From positions 28,342 to 92,341 of the IMG/VR virus record IMGVR_UViG_3300032219_001867: 64,000 bases of DNA; one strand, 5' to 3'. Below are positions 37,010 through 45,338 of this stretch, piece by piece (the stretch's first letter is position 1; every line of letters starts with the position of its first letter). The notes under the pieces were generated by a model. That model was not told the DNA's origin. It did not search any database and saw nothing but the letters and a program-made list of their open reading frames with translations. The position numbers and the translations under genes were made by a program. Source of the stretch: a virus. Taxonomy: Duplodnaviria; Caudoviricetes.

Positions 37010-38596
37010 CTAGAAGAATGACGAACTAGAGACTTCCACTTCCGGCATTACCAAGTCAACTGTCATTGAGCAACAAATAGCTAAAGAGTCCACATAGTCG
37101 TCGTGTGCGTAGGCTTCGTCAGGAGCTGAGACCATAAAATTAGCGCCCTTGTAAACAATTTCCGCATCCGTCATTTGTTGGACAAATCTCTTCCACACAC
37201 GAAGTCGGCGGGTTTTGGCATGGGCAGGAAACCCTAACATACGTCTTTGGATGAGAGCTTGTAGATGTTTAAACCGTTTGGACTGCTCAGTAGGACTAGA
37301 GGTAAGAGGGATTACCTCGGCACGAGGCATAAGAATCTTCAAACGTTGGGCTACTGCGTCACCAACACCGTTAGCATCTACACCAATGGCAAGGACATCG
37401 TAGTTACTCAAGAAGTTGACGATTTGGAAGTACTGTTCCTCCCAATCGTCTCCTTGAATTTCTAGCCAGTTTAAGACTCTGTGTTCAAAATAACCGAACT
37501 CATCTGGCCTATCCCAGTCAACCCAGACGACGGTAACAATAGTGGAGTCCATCTTACGGGCGGGGTCAATCCCCACAACCACGGGCGTCTTGTGCCATAC
37601 CTTGACGATTTCCTGGCTTGTATCTCCAAGTTCATCCATGACAGACTGCGTGACGAACATTCCTCTTTCAAGGAGCCACTTGCAGTTGTAAGACATCTGG
37701 AACTCATCAGAGTCTTCGCCAATGCGAAGCTTCTCTTTGCTAATGAACTTAGCGTAATTGTCATTGACTTTAGCAACGTCTCTCCAATCCCACTGGTAAT
37801 GGTTTTGTCTTGCTCCGCGCCCCGTCGCCCGTCTTTTATTCAACTGAATTGACCTATAAAAGTTGTTCTTGCTAGTTGTAGGTGTACCCGTTTTAATCAT
37901 GGTACCTGCGTAATAAGCAAGCATTGGAGAGATAGACTTTGCCACCATGAAGTCATCCGCTTCTTGGCACTCATCGATAACTGCAACGTGAAACGACTTA
38001 GACTCAATCTTGGCTTTGGGGTTAGCCGTCATCATGGTCAGTGTAGACCCTGACCGCTTTAGGCGAATCATTTTGGTAACGCCACCCACACGGGCAGCAC
38101 TGTCGTCAATCTCTGGGTCTCCCAAAACCTCAAGAGCACGTTCTGAGGTGAGTCTTGTGACTGTACGACTGAACAAGGTTTCGGCCTGGGATTCTGTGGG
38201 AGCAAACATGCCTACCCATAATCCGTCTTTAAACTTGCTCAACAATTCGGGGTAAATCTTTGCCAGCAGGGGCAAGATGACCATAAGAGTAGCAAGAGTG
38301 TCGGAAACAGTCTCGGTCTTTCCAGACTGACGAGACGCGAGTGCAGTAACCTCTTCACCATCGTTAATGATGATGGACTCAATGATTCTTCGAGCCAATG
38401 GTTTCTGGTAGACGTGCAGGTCGTGTCCAACCAACACAACCATAAAACTCATGATTTTTTCTACCAAGCTATTTACGAAGTCCTGGCTAAGTTCGTCTAG
38501 TTCCTCAAACCCTTCTTCAAGGTTTTCGGGCTCATGGTCTTCTTGGTAAAACTCAGGAGTTATCTCTTCAAATTTGTTCTCAGTATCAAAGGCCAC
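37010..38596 (-). CDS. terL: terminase large subunit
   Basis: SRQSGKT Walker A, IDECQ Walker B, TGTP, VGIDPAR RNase-H motif, HDDYVDS. Confidence 0.92.
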   Translation of the reverse strand: MAFDTENKFEEITPEFYQEDHEPENLEEGFEELDELSQDFVNSLVEKIMSFMVVLVGHDLHVYQKPLARRIIESIIINDGEEVTALASRQSGKTETVSDTLATLMVILPLLAKIYPELLSKFKDGLWVGMFAPTESQAETLFSRTVTRLTSERALEVLGDPEIDDSAARVGGVTKMIRLKRSGSTLTMMTANPKAKIESKSFHVAVIDECQEADDFMVAKSISPMLAYYAGTMIKTGTPTTSKNNFYRSIQLNKRRATGRGARQNHYQWDWRDVAKVNDNYAKFISKEKLRIGEDSDEFQMSYNCKWLLERGMFVTQSVMDELGDTSQEIVKVWHKTPVVVGIDPARKMDSTIVTVVWVDWDRPDEFGYFEHRVLNWLEIQGDDWEEQYFQIVNFLSNYDVLAIGVDANGVGDAVAQRLKILMPRAEVIPLTSSPTEQSKRFKHLQALIQRRMLGFPAHAKTRRLRVWKRFVQQMTDAEIVYKGANFMVSAPDEAYAHDDYVDSLAICCSMTVDLVMPEVEVSSSSFF

Positions 38597-38831
38597 TGGC
38601 AGCCCGTCTCTTTAATTCTTGAGTGATGGCGTACAGCGCTTCTGCGCCCAAGTCGGCTTCATCTAACAAGAAGGCTTCGCGCGTGCGCTGCCAGCCGGTA
38701 ATCTCTTTGCCAATAACAAACAGGGAGTTCTCAGCCCAAGTCACCAGTTCTGGAGTAGATATCGTACCAACCCTCTTCTGAATCTTGGTCTGGGGCTGGT
38801 ATCCATCCTTTTTCTTCTTGAAAATCGTCAT
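38586..38831 (-). CDS. hypothetical protein
   Basis: ORF overlapping the terL start. Confidence 0.5.
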   Translation of the reverse strand: MTIFKKKKDGYQPQTKIQKRVGTISTPELVTWAENSLFVIGKEITGWQRTREAFLLDEADLGAEALYAITQELKRRAASGL

Positions 38832-39075
38832 CTGTAAGTACCCGTCCTTGTATTGCGGTTTCTAATGCGGACTCTTCGTCTAGAGTCCCTGTCCACTTAC
38901 CGTATACTAACGCCTTATTTCCTGGAAGACGCAGTATAACCGGTGCGGCAGTCCTAAACGGCGGCTCAATCTCTTGCGTCCAACCACGAACGACAAACTT
39001 CCAGCCCCATTCAACACGATAGTTTTTTAGTAATTGAGTGAACCGAGTTTTTCCGATGTTGTGTACCTCTGGCAT
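38731..39075 (-). CDS. hypothetical protein
   Basis: 114-aa ORF in operon. Confidence 0.5.
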   Translation of the reverse strand: MPEVHNIGKTRFTQLLKNYRVEWGWKFVVRGWTQEIEPPFRTAAPVILRLPGNKALVYGKWTGTLDEESALETAIQGRVLTDDDFQEEKGWIPAPDQDSEEGWYDIYSRTGDLG

Positions 39076-39732
39076 TTATCGCTTTCGTTTTTTGTCTGCC
39101 GGATTCCCAGCTTGTGGGTTTGCCTTTGTCTGCCGACGCGCAACCATTTCTGGATTGCCACGTTGTGGCTTAGGCTGACGATACAGCTGTTGTGCGCGAG
39201 ATACGCGGTAAAGCTGTTCTTGAATAGCGGGAGGGATGTCCTCAGGAGACGCTACCCCTCGGGGTTTTCCAATAAACAAGCCATCCATTTTTTGTTTTCC
39301 ATTTCTAAACCCACGGTTTAGCCAAGGCTTTCCCTTGGAGAATGACGCTGAAAAAGCTTCCCACTCTCCCGGATTAACCTGGTAATAGTTATAGAACGTT
39401 CCATCACGAAAAACTACCGTCATAGTTTTTGACTGTGGGTCATACCCAGCAGCTACTGTCCTAGGACGAGCGTAGTCAGTAGAGGATGTAGGAACATCCG
39501 TCAGAATAACTGAAGCAGTAGGCTCTGACACTTGCTCATTTTGATTGAGCACATAGGGGTCAGTTTGAGGGTCGTAGTAAGGAGCCTCTTGATAGTTGGC
39601 GCTTAGTTGGTTGTACTTGTCGTAACCTCTGTTAGCTCCAATGGACCTAACATCTTTTACAAATGGCGAAAGAGGTCCCATCTCACTGCGAGCAGGAAAC
39701 TGCCCACCGAGAGGGACCCCTTCGTTAGCCAT
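39076..39732 (-). CDS. KTSC-domain protein
   Basis: AGYDP...VVFRDGTFYNYYQV...F..S.SKG. Confidence 0.75.
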   Translation of the reverse strand: MANEGVPLGGQFPARSEMGPLSPFVKDVRSIGANRGYDKYNQLSANYQEAPYYDPQTDPYVLNQNEQVSEPTASVILTDVPTSSTDYARPRTVAAGYDPQSKTMTVVFRDGTFYNYYQVNPGEWEAFSASFSKGKPWLNRGFRNGKQKMDGLFIGKPRGVASPEDIPPAIQEQLYRVSRAQQLYRQPKPQRGNPEMVARRQTKANPQAGNPADKKRKR

Positions 39733-39744
39733 ATTACTAGGAGA

Positions 39745-40401
39745 CTAAGCAGCCCAAGGCGTGATGGTGATAGCTGCGCCGACTGCAATTGAGTCTGCAC
39801 CAGCAGCGACCGACTGAGCCTTGATGGTTGCAGCAGCACCCTTAAGCTGAGTTCCGGGCGTGATAGCTCCCGTGTTAGCAACGGTCCAGCCAGTACCCGA
39901 GATAACGAGAGTGCTTCCTGAGCCGCCAGTAACTGTCCAAGTACCAACGAGTGCTGCGGGGATACCCGTACCAGCCGTAATGGTGACCTTGGTGCCAACC
40001 GCCCACGTACTCGTTCCACCAGCAACGGTGACCGTTGCAGCAGTAGTCGTCGTGACGTTAATCTGGGTGGGCTGCGTAGCGGTGTTAGTTGCACCAGCAG
40101 CTGTGGTAACCGTAAGTCCATCATCCGTAAGGATGCGGCTTGCAAGTGCTGTAGCCACGCCAAGAACGCTAGGAACTACGATGTAGCCAGCACCTTCAGC
40201 ACCGGCAGTGTTCTCGGTGTACAGCGGGTAGCCATTCCAGCCTTGGTAGGCAATTTCGTGGCTGTCGAGAGTGGCGTCAAGAAGTGCGCCGCCATTTTCA
40301 AGTCGTTCGTCGTTCGGTGCGAGCGGAAGGTTGCCCCACACGAAGTCTACGGCTACGTTACCTGCGTCATCGAGCAGGTTTCCGTTTTCATTTACTGCCA
40401 T
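39745..40401 (-). CDS. PASTA-like putative virion decoration protein
   Basis: VVPSVLG...QSVAAG...GAAITIT split PASTA-like fold; capsid-like codon bias. Confidence 0.5.
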   Translation of the reverse strand: MAVNENGNLLDDAGNVAVDFVWGNLPLAPNDERLENGGALLDATLDSHEIAYQGWNGYPLYTENTAGAEGAGYIVVPSVLGVATALASRILTDDGLTVTTAAGATNTATQPTQINVTTTTAATVTVAGGTSTWAVGTKVTITAGTGIPAALVGTWTVTGGSGSTLVISGTGWTVANTGAITPGTQLKGAAATIKAQSVAAGADSIAVGAAITITPWAA

Positions 40402-40435
40402 GGTTTATATCTTTCTCTAGAGAGTGGATTGTCCC

Positions 40436-40690
40436 CTACGCGTCGGGGAGAAGCTCGTCTTCCTCATCACAGTTGTGGTCAGAAAGCTCTGCCTCATATA
40501 AAATCGTCCCACAATCCTTGCAACGAAACAGCCTAACGTCGTCAAGAGCTTCGTGAAGAGAGTCCCCTTGAGAGTCATCATTGTAAACTTTTGGTTGCGC
40601 CAGTACTTCTGGGGGGAAAGGACCCCTCGGGGCATGGGCAGTCTTAGGAATAGCGTGCCCCTGGATGGCAAACTTACGGATAACAGGCAT
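40436..40690 (-). CDS. small Zn-finger protein
   Basis: FRCKDC...HNC. Confidence 0.55.
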   Translation of the reverse strand: MPVIRKFAIQGHAIPKTAHAPRGPFPPEVLAQPKVYNDDSQGDSLHEALDDVRLFRCKDCGTILYEAELSDHNCDEEDELLPDA

Positions 40691-40706
40691 ACCCTCATAT
40701 AAGCAC

Positions 40707-40729
40707 AAAGCCCTCCAAAAGGAGGGCTA
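40707..40729 (-). terminator. hairpin terminator
   Basis: agccctcc-tttt-ggagggct-tt downstream of the 26-aa minigene. Confidence 0.55.
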
Positions 40730-40747
40730 AGGCGTGATGAGACTAAC

Positions 40748-40828
40748 TTACTGGCAACTATCGCACTGAAGGAGGTCCATCGGGTCAATCGCAACGGAAT
40801 AACCGTTTACGTTGTCTGTTTCGTTCAT
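40748..40828 (-). CDS. 26-aa minigene resembling the RNR alpha C-terminal CxxC tail
   Basis: MNETDNVNGYSVAIDPMDLLQCDSCQ*; SD TAAGGAG upstream, hairpin downstream. Confidence 0.7.
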   Translation of the reverse strand: MNETDNVNGYSVAIDPMDLLQCDSCQ

Positions 40829-40843
40829 TTGATGGATATCTCC

Positions 40844-41104
40844 TTAGGGTGTGGGCTCCTCTGCGGGAGCAGTTGCCTCTTCAGCGGTCGCGTCAGAGGT
40901 GGTCTTTTTCTTTGATGATTTAGCTGTAGGAGCCTCGACATCGGGCTCAACGACAGAGGCTACATCCTGGGCTGGAATAAGTGTGTGCTTGTAGTCTGGA
41001 CGCATCAAAAATCCCGGAAGGTGCGCGTTGCAATACAAGATAGGAACCCCAGCACCTACGTAGGCAATATCTGCATCGGTTTCACAGTTAGAACATTTTT
41101 GCAT
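40844..41104 (-). CDS. small Zn-binding protein
   Basis: CSNC...C..H; SD AAAGGAG. Confidence 0.55.
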   Translation of the reverse strand: MQKCSNCETDADIAYVGAGVPILYCNAHLPGFLMRPDYKHTLIPAQDVASVVEPDVEAPTAKSSKKKTTSDATAEEATAPAEEPTP

Positions 41105-41165
41105 GGGGGTCTCCTTTAGAGTCGTTTAGACACTACTGCAATTACGCAGTAATAGTGGGGTAAAG

Positions 41166-41807
41166 TTACCTGGCGGTAGGGGGCTTGCGGGGAGTTGGGG
41201 GCTTTTTAGCCGTAGTTTTTTGAGCAGCGGTAGCGGTAGGAGCTGCCCTACGAGTAGTCGCTTTTGGTGTCGGCGCAGGTTTGCGCAGCATACCGCTTCC
41301 AGTAGCGTTACCAGTAGTTATCGCAGCATTTTTACCGGGTTCAAACTTCTCAGCTACCTTAGTGAAATTGCGAACATCGGCTCTACCTTTAGACAAAGTA
41401 TTTTTGTGCTCAGTGTTCATTTCATTAATCCGCAAACCACTACCCGCTGCCTCAGTTTTACGGGTTTGTTTGGCAACGGTCTTTGCTGTCTTTCGCTCTT
41501 GTTGTCCACCAACTTTAATTTCGCCAGTTCTTAGACGGGACTGAAGTTTTGATAGGTTTGCACTGCTTTCATAACGGATACCCTCACGCCATGCAAAGTC
41601 TACGTTATTCCGCTCACGGTCTGCTTGACGCCCTTTTCTTTCAGCGATGTCTCGAATTGCGCCCGCAATACCGCCACCGCCACCGCCCCTAGGCATAGCG
41701 CCACGCATGTTGGCGCTTGCTGCTCCCTCATTAACCTGGAACCCTCCCTGACCGCCAGCGTTCATTGGGTTACCACTACCTAGAGGGTTGCTACCTGCGT
41801 CAGCCAT
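41166..41807 (-). CDS. basic Gly/Lys-rich hypothetical protein
   Basis: 213 aa, low-complexity basic C-terminus. Confidence 0.5.
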   Translation of the reverse strand: MADAGSNPLGSGNPMNAGGQGGFQVNEGAASANMRGAMPRGGGGGGIAGAIRDIAERKGRQADRERNNVDFAWREGIRYESSANLSKLQSRLRTGEIKVGGQQERKTAKTVAKQTRKTEAAGSGLRINEMNTEHKNTLSKGRADVRNFTKVAEKFEPGKNAAITTGNATGSGMLRKPAPTPKATTRRAAPTATAAQKTTAKKPPTPRKPPTAR

Positions 41808-42193
41808 TAGTTATCCTTTGGTTTTTCATTAAGCTTGCTTTCGATGCGCGTCATGCGTTCGTCGCCTTTTTTAAGTCGGTCTTCAATTCGACTCATTTGC
41901 TCATCGCTCTCCTCAAGTTTACCCTCGATACGGGCAATTGCGTCCTTCAAAGTAGAGCCAGAATTCTTTTTAAACTCGCCATCAATATCGTTCAAGCGCT
42001 CCATAACACCAGGGGCATGGTCACGCCCCGGCTCAGCATCTTCGCCCTTCCAATCCCGCATGAAGTCATCCCATCCATCACTAAACTTCTTAAATTTTCG
42101 AGCCATAGGAAATACCACCGCCGAAAGAACCGCTATCACACAGCTCGTAATAACTGCAATAGAAGTGAGTATGCTTAAGTCGATTGATATCAT
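41807..42193 (-). CDS. single-TM coiled-coil membrane protein
   Basis: N-terminal TM, N(S)GSTLKD motif, heptad repeats. Confidence 0.6.
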   Translation of the reverse strand: MISIDLSILTSIAVITSCVIAVLSAVVFPMARKFKKFSDGWDDFMRDWKGEDAEPGRDHAPGVMERLNDIDGEFKKNSGSTLKDAIARIEGKLEESDEQMSRIEDRLKKGDERMTRIESKLNEKPKDN

Positions 42194-42232
42194 GACTAAG
42201 TCTTCCCAATGGTAGTCGTTAAAAGGGGATGT

Positions 42233-42463
42233 TTAACGCATTCCGTATTTACGGCGTGCGTACAAAGAGCGCCACAGTTCAATAGAGCCTGTGCGACCAT
42301 TGTCGTGTTCACCGTTCATGCCGCGACCCGGAGTGTTGTACGTCATAACAGAAGGCTTTTCAATTGCCTTTGGGTACACATATGAGAATGCTTGTTGGCT
42401 AAGAACGCGGTTTGGAGACCCGTTATTAGGAGCCAAAGGCTTCCTAGGAGTCATGTAAACCAT
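42233..42463 (-). CDS. hypothetical protein
   Basis: leaderless-type start TGT-CATCAT-N6-ATG at 42463. Confidence 0.5.
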   Translation of the reverse strand: MVYMTPRKPLAPNNGSPNRVLSQQAFSYVYPKAIEKPSVMTYNTPGRGMNGEHDNGRTGSIELWRSLYARRKYGMR

Positions 42464-42500
42464 AGTTCTATGATGACAAAGAAACGGTAAATAAACCGGC

Positions 42501-42788
42501 TCAGTTAGCGCCAATTCCTGAAGCACCCGAGTTTACCCCTGACGTATCAGCCCCCGCCTCAGAGATAGCTCCAGCCATCTTTGAGTCGGCGTCAGGCTGA
42601 GCTTGCTCACTCCACTGCGCAGCGGTAGTAACTCCGTTAAACATTGCCGTGCTGCCCATGTACGTGGGGTATCCGTACCACCAGTAACCGGCACCACTAA
42701 ATCCGCGCTCAGGAATTTGATTTCCGTACTTCCGCATTTCCTGCTCTAATGCAAGATTAAACTGGTTGACAGAAATAGGTGCCGTCAC
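42501..42788 (-). CDS. hypothetical protein
   Basis: GTG start overlapping the upstream stop. Confidence 0.5.
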   Translation of the reverse strand: MTAPISVNQFNLALEQEMRKYGNQIPERGFSGAGYWWYGYPTYMGSTAMFNGVTTAAQWSEQAQPDADSKMAGAISEAGADTSGVNSGASGIGAN

Positions 42789-42910
42789 TCGGAGTCCTCA
42801 ATCTCTAGGTCTTCATCGTCCCAGATATCGCTATCCCAGTACTCGTCCTCATCCCACTCGTCGTCGCCAATGACGTCGTCAAGTTCCTCAGGAAGTTCTT
42901 TCTCCGTCAC
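42785..42910 (-). CDS. very acidic Trp-containing 41-aa protein
   Basis: MTEKELPEELDDVIGDDEWDEDEYWDSDIWDDEDLEIEDSE*; overlaps both neighbours. Confidence 0.55.
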   Translation of the reverse strand: MTEKELPEELDDVIGDDEWDEDEYWDSDIWDDEDLEIEDSE

Positions 42911-43122
42911 TAGCCGCTCATTCCGCTACTAGCCGGAGCTCCTGCCGTGTGTCCAGCAAACTGATTTTGAGAGTCTGAGATGTCCAAAGCTTTTGGTCCT
43001 TCCCAGTGGGAAGTTTCTTCCATAGCCCCAGAGTTAGCTCTTGCAGTCTCGTTGCCGTCGTAAAAGTTTTCGTTGTGCCCTTGGGACATGAACATGCCAT
43101 CGGGACCAGTAATAGTTGCCAT
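42910..43122 (-). CDS. hypothetical protein
   Basis: leaderless-type start TGT-CACAAT-N6-ATG at 43122. Confidence 0.5.
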   Translation of the reverse strand: MATITGPDGMFMSQGHNENFYDGNETARANSGAMEETSHWEGPKALDISDSQNQFAGHTAGAPASSGMSG

Positions 43123-43159
43123 GTATTTATTGTGACAGAAACAAAAAAGAAAAGACCTC

Positions 43160-43402
43160 CTAAGAGGTCTCTTCTCCATACTCATCCCACCGACTCATAA
43201 GAGTGGCAATGATGTCTTGGACTTGTTTTGGTGGGCTCTTGATTTGCTTTAGCAACATTAGAACGTCGTATAGCTCATCTTTGCGCCCACGCATTGCGGC
43301 GTCCTGCATCATAGAGTCAAGGCTAATTACGTTAGGATTGCGTTCTTTATCTACAGAAACTTCGTGAAAGTCTTGCCAAATTTCAGGGAAAAAACTACTC
43401 AT
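43160..43402 (-). CDS. hypothetical protein
   Basis: 80-aa ORF with SD. Confidence 0.5.
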   Translation of the reverse strand: MSSFFPEIWQDFHEVSVDKERNPNVISLDSMMQDAAMRGRKDELYDVLMLLKQIKSPPKQVQDIIATLMSRWDEYGEETS

Positions 43403-43413
43403 AAGATACCCTC

Positions 43414-43680
43414 CTATTTAGAATACTTCGCCATCTTAGCGACAAAATTGTCCCGTGCTGTTAGAACGTACTGTTCGAGTTCAGAATACCTTTTCTTGGC
43501 TTCTGTCTCAACAAGGGCAAACTGCTCTTCTGTCAACTCTTCTTTCTTATCCCGAATGAGTTCCAGTGCGGAATCTATAGAAGTTTTTGCTTGAGCCGCT
43601 TGAATTTGAACTTTAGTCCATACTTTCTCTGCGTGCTCAATATTCTTTAGACGACGCTTCTCTTGGTTTTTACCAGACAT
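43414..43680 (-). CDS. hypothetical helical protein
   Basis: likely start MSGKN. Confidence 0.5.
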   Translation of the reverse strand: MSGKNQEKRRLKNIEHAEKVWTKVQIQAAQAKTSIDSALELIRDKKEELTEEQFALVETEAKKRYSELEQYVLTARDNFVAKMAKYSK

Positions 43681-43682
43681 AA

Positions 43683-44180
43683 TTAACCCACCAATACTGA
43701 AAACGAACTTGGGCAGTTCCACTCATAGAACGCTTGCGTAGATAGGCTATCAGAAGGTTCGATAAGAACGCTATCACCTTGAGGCGTTACGTTCAGAACA
43801 ATCATTCCGCTATAACTATTTGCAGCAACTTCCCAATAGCCTAACCCCTGGACTGCATTTGGGTCCCACAACTGCCAGTTTGATTTAGCGGTAACACTTG
43901 AGTGTGCTTGGCAATAGGTCGTAATGCCCGTAACTACAGCGTCCAGTACCGTACTGGCTGTTGGCATAGGAATATCTGGCTCAACAGGGGTTTCGATAGG
44001 GGTAGGGGTAGGAACGGGCGTTTCTGTCGGCACAGGGGTCGGCTCTTCAGTTGCCGTGGGTATGGGAGTTTCTGTTTGTGTAGGGAGCTCTGCGTTAGCC
44101 GTAGTAAACGTTGATGCAAAAAAGAACCCTGCGCTAATAAAAACCGTTGTCCCTAAAGCAAATGCCGTTGACTTTTTCAT
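43683..44180 (-). CDS. secreted protein with Pro/Thr-rich linker
   Basis: signal peptide MKK...ANA, PT/PE linker, two-Cys C-terminal domain. Confidence 0.65.
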   Translation of the reverse strand: MKKSTAFALGTTVFISAGFFFASTFTTANAELPTQTETPIPTATEEPTPVPTETPVPTPTPIETPVEPDIPMPTASTVLDAVVTGITTYCQAHSSVTAKSNWQLWDPNAVQGLGYWEVAANSYSGMIVLNVTPQGDSVLIEPSDSLSTQAFYEWNCPSSFSVLVG

Positions 44181-44221
44181 GTTGCATAGACTAGCACAGC
44201 GTTTGCTGATAATGTCAAACT

Positions 44222-44323
44222 ATGGACGCAACCACACTTCTTGGGGTCATTGGTTCTCTGTTTATTGGTATTGCTATCGGTGTTTCTGTTTGGAAACACA
44301 AACACGATAATCACGATAAGTAA
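44222..44323 (+). CDS. 33-aa single-TM protein
   Basis: MDATTLLGVIGSLFIGIAIGVSVWKHKHDNHDK*; TAATGT-N6-ATG. Confidence 0.5.
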   Translation: MDATTLLGVIGSLFIGIAIGVSVWKHKHDNHDK

Positions 44324-44379
44324 GTAATCTCTGCTATCCTTTTGATGGCAATACCAACCATCTACCAAAAGGAATAAAC

Positions 44380-44508
44380 ATGTCTGAAATTGACGAGACC
44401 GTAGAGGTCGAAGCAGAAGAGGTCGAGGCTGAAGAGGTCGAGGCTGAAGAGGTCGAGGCTGAAGAGGTCGAAGCTGACGAAGACGCCGACGAGGCTGACT
44501 CGGAGTAA
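44380..44508 (+). CDS. 42-aa poly-acidic protein with EEVEA repeats
   Basis: MSEIDETVEVEAEEVEAEEVEAEEVEAEEVEADEDADEADSE*; SD AAAGGA; 15-bp tandem repeats. Confidence 0.65.
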   Translation: MSEIDETVEVEAEEVEAEEVEAEEVEAEEVEADEDADEADSE

Positions 44509-44519
44509 CTACTTCAAGA

Positions 44520-44553
44520 ATAAGGGAGACTTAATTGTCTCCCTTATTTTTTT
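44520..44553 (+). terminator. intrinsic terminator
   Basis: ataagggagac-ttaatt-gtctcccttat followed by a T-run. Confidence 0.8.
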
Positions 44554-44554
44554 G

Positions 44555-44627
44555 CTCCCCGACCTAGACTCGAACTAGGAACTTCGAAGTTAACAGCTTC
44601 GCACTCTGCCAATTGAGTTATCGAGGA
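44555..44627 (-). tRNA. trnN: tRNA-Asn(GTT)
   Basis: TCCTCGA acceptor, D-arm TAACTCAATTGGCAGAGT, anticodon arm GAAG-CTGTTAA-CTTC, T-loop TTCGAGT; CCA not encoded. Confidence 0.92.
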
Positions 44628-44726
44628 ATAACCCATCCTATCCGTAGCTCACGTCCCAATTTGCTACGGCAGGTGCTCTAACCACTCTAGGAACGAGTTG
44701 TTGGTCAACACTTTTCGGCGGGTTAT
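44628..44726 (-). ncRNA. candidate 99-nt structured RNA co-transcribed with tRNA-Asn
   Basis: begins 6 nt after TAGGCT -10; 5' ATAACCCG pairs with 3' TGGGTTAT abutting the tRNA; two internal stems. Confidence 0.45.
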
Positions 44727-44745
44727 ACGTCTAGCCTACAGGTTA

Positions 44746-45036
44746 TTAATTGGTTTTTTCTGCCCACGACGCGCCGCTCTCAGTGCGCACACCGCTGTGG
44801 CGCGGAGGAGTAACCCCTAAAGTTTTGGCGTGATTCCACAAGCCTGTGGCAATTCCCTTACGACGATGTTCTTTGTCAACGCTTACGTCTTCTACTCGCC
44901 CACTTTTTCTGTGCCATCGCAGATAGCCAACAACATCTCCCACAGTAGGGTCAAAAGCCTCTAGTTCATGGGATGTAGGGTGCGTATCCGTAAACTTGTA
45001 CGAGATGCCGTTGAAGTCACCGTTATTGCGCCCCAT
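44746..45036 (-). CDS. GNAT-family acetyltransferase (MGRNNGDF tag)
   Basis: VSVDKEHRRKGIAT acetyl-CoA-binding motif. Confidence 0.8.
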   Translation of the reverse strand: MGRNNGDFNGISYKFTDTHPTSHELEAFDPTVGDVVGYLRWHRKSGRVEDVSVDKEHRRKGIATGLWNHAKTLGVTPPRHSGVRTESGASWAEKTN

Positions 45037-45338
45037 TATTTACCAACCTTGGCTGCCCAAGCTTTACCCTCGTTTGTTTGTGTTGTGGGCTCAGAGTGCT
45101 CTGGGTTTAACCCTTGTTCTTTGGCGTATGCCCACATTCCGGAGGCAATACCTTTGCGCTGGTGCTCAGGGTTGACCATGACGTTGCGGACATTACGGCC
45201 CCGCCCTTTGCGCTCAAACCCAAGAAGCATGTGCCCCACAATTCCTTCTTCGGGGTGATTGGCGTGGATAAGAGCGCTCAACTTGTCAGCAGTGTGGCTG
45301 TACGTAACCCCGTGAAAGTCCGAGTTACTTCTACCCAT
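45036..45338 (-). CDS. GNAT-family acetyltransferase (MGRSNSDF tag)
   Basis: VMVNPEHQRKGIAS motif; paralogue of neighbour. Confidence 0.8.
   Translation of the reverse strand: MGRSNSDFHGVTYSHTADKLSALIHANHPEEGIVGHMLLGFERKGRGRNVRNVMVNPEHQRKGIASGMWAYAKEQGLNPEHSEPTTQTNEGKAWAAKVGK

Noticed and set aside
620-40556. Numerous plus-strand ORFs antisense to structural and replication genes
   Set aside because: Shadow frames of well-supported minus-strand genes, with no motifs or SD
44645-44700. Second tRNA (AGTGGTTAGAGCAC resembles a D-arm)
   Set aside because: No T-loop or acceptor stem in register; treated as part of the candidate ncRNA
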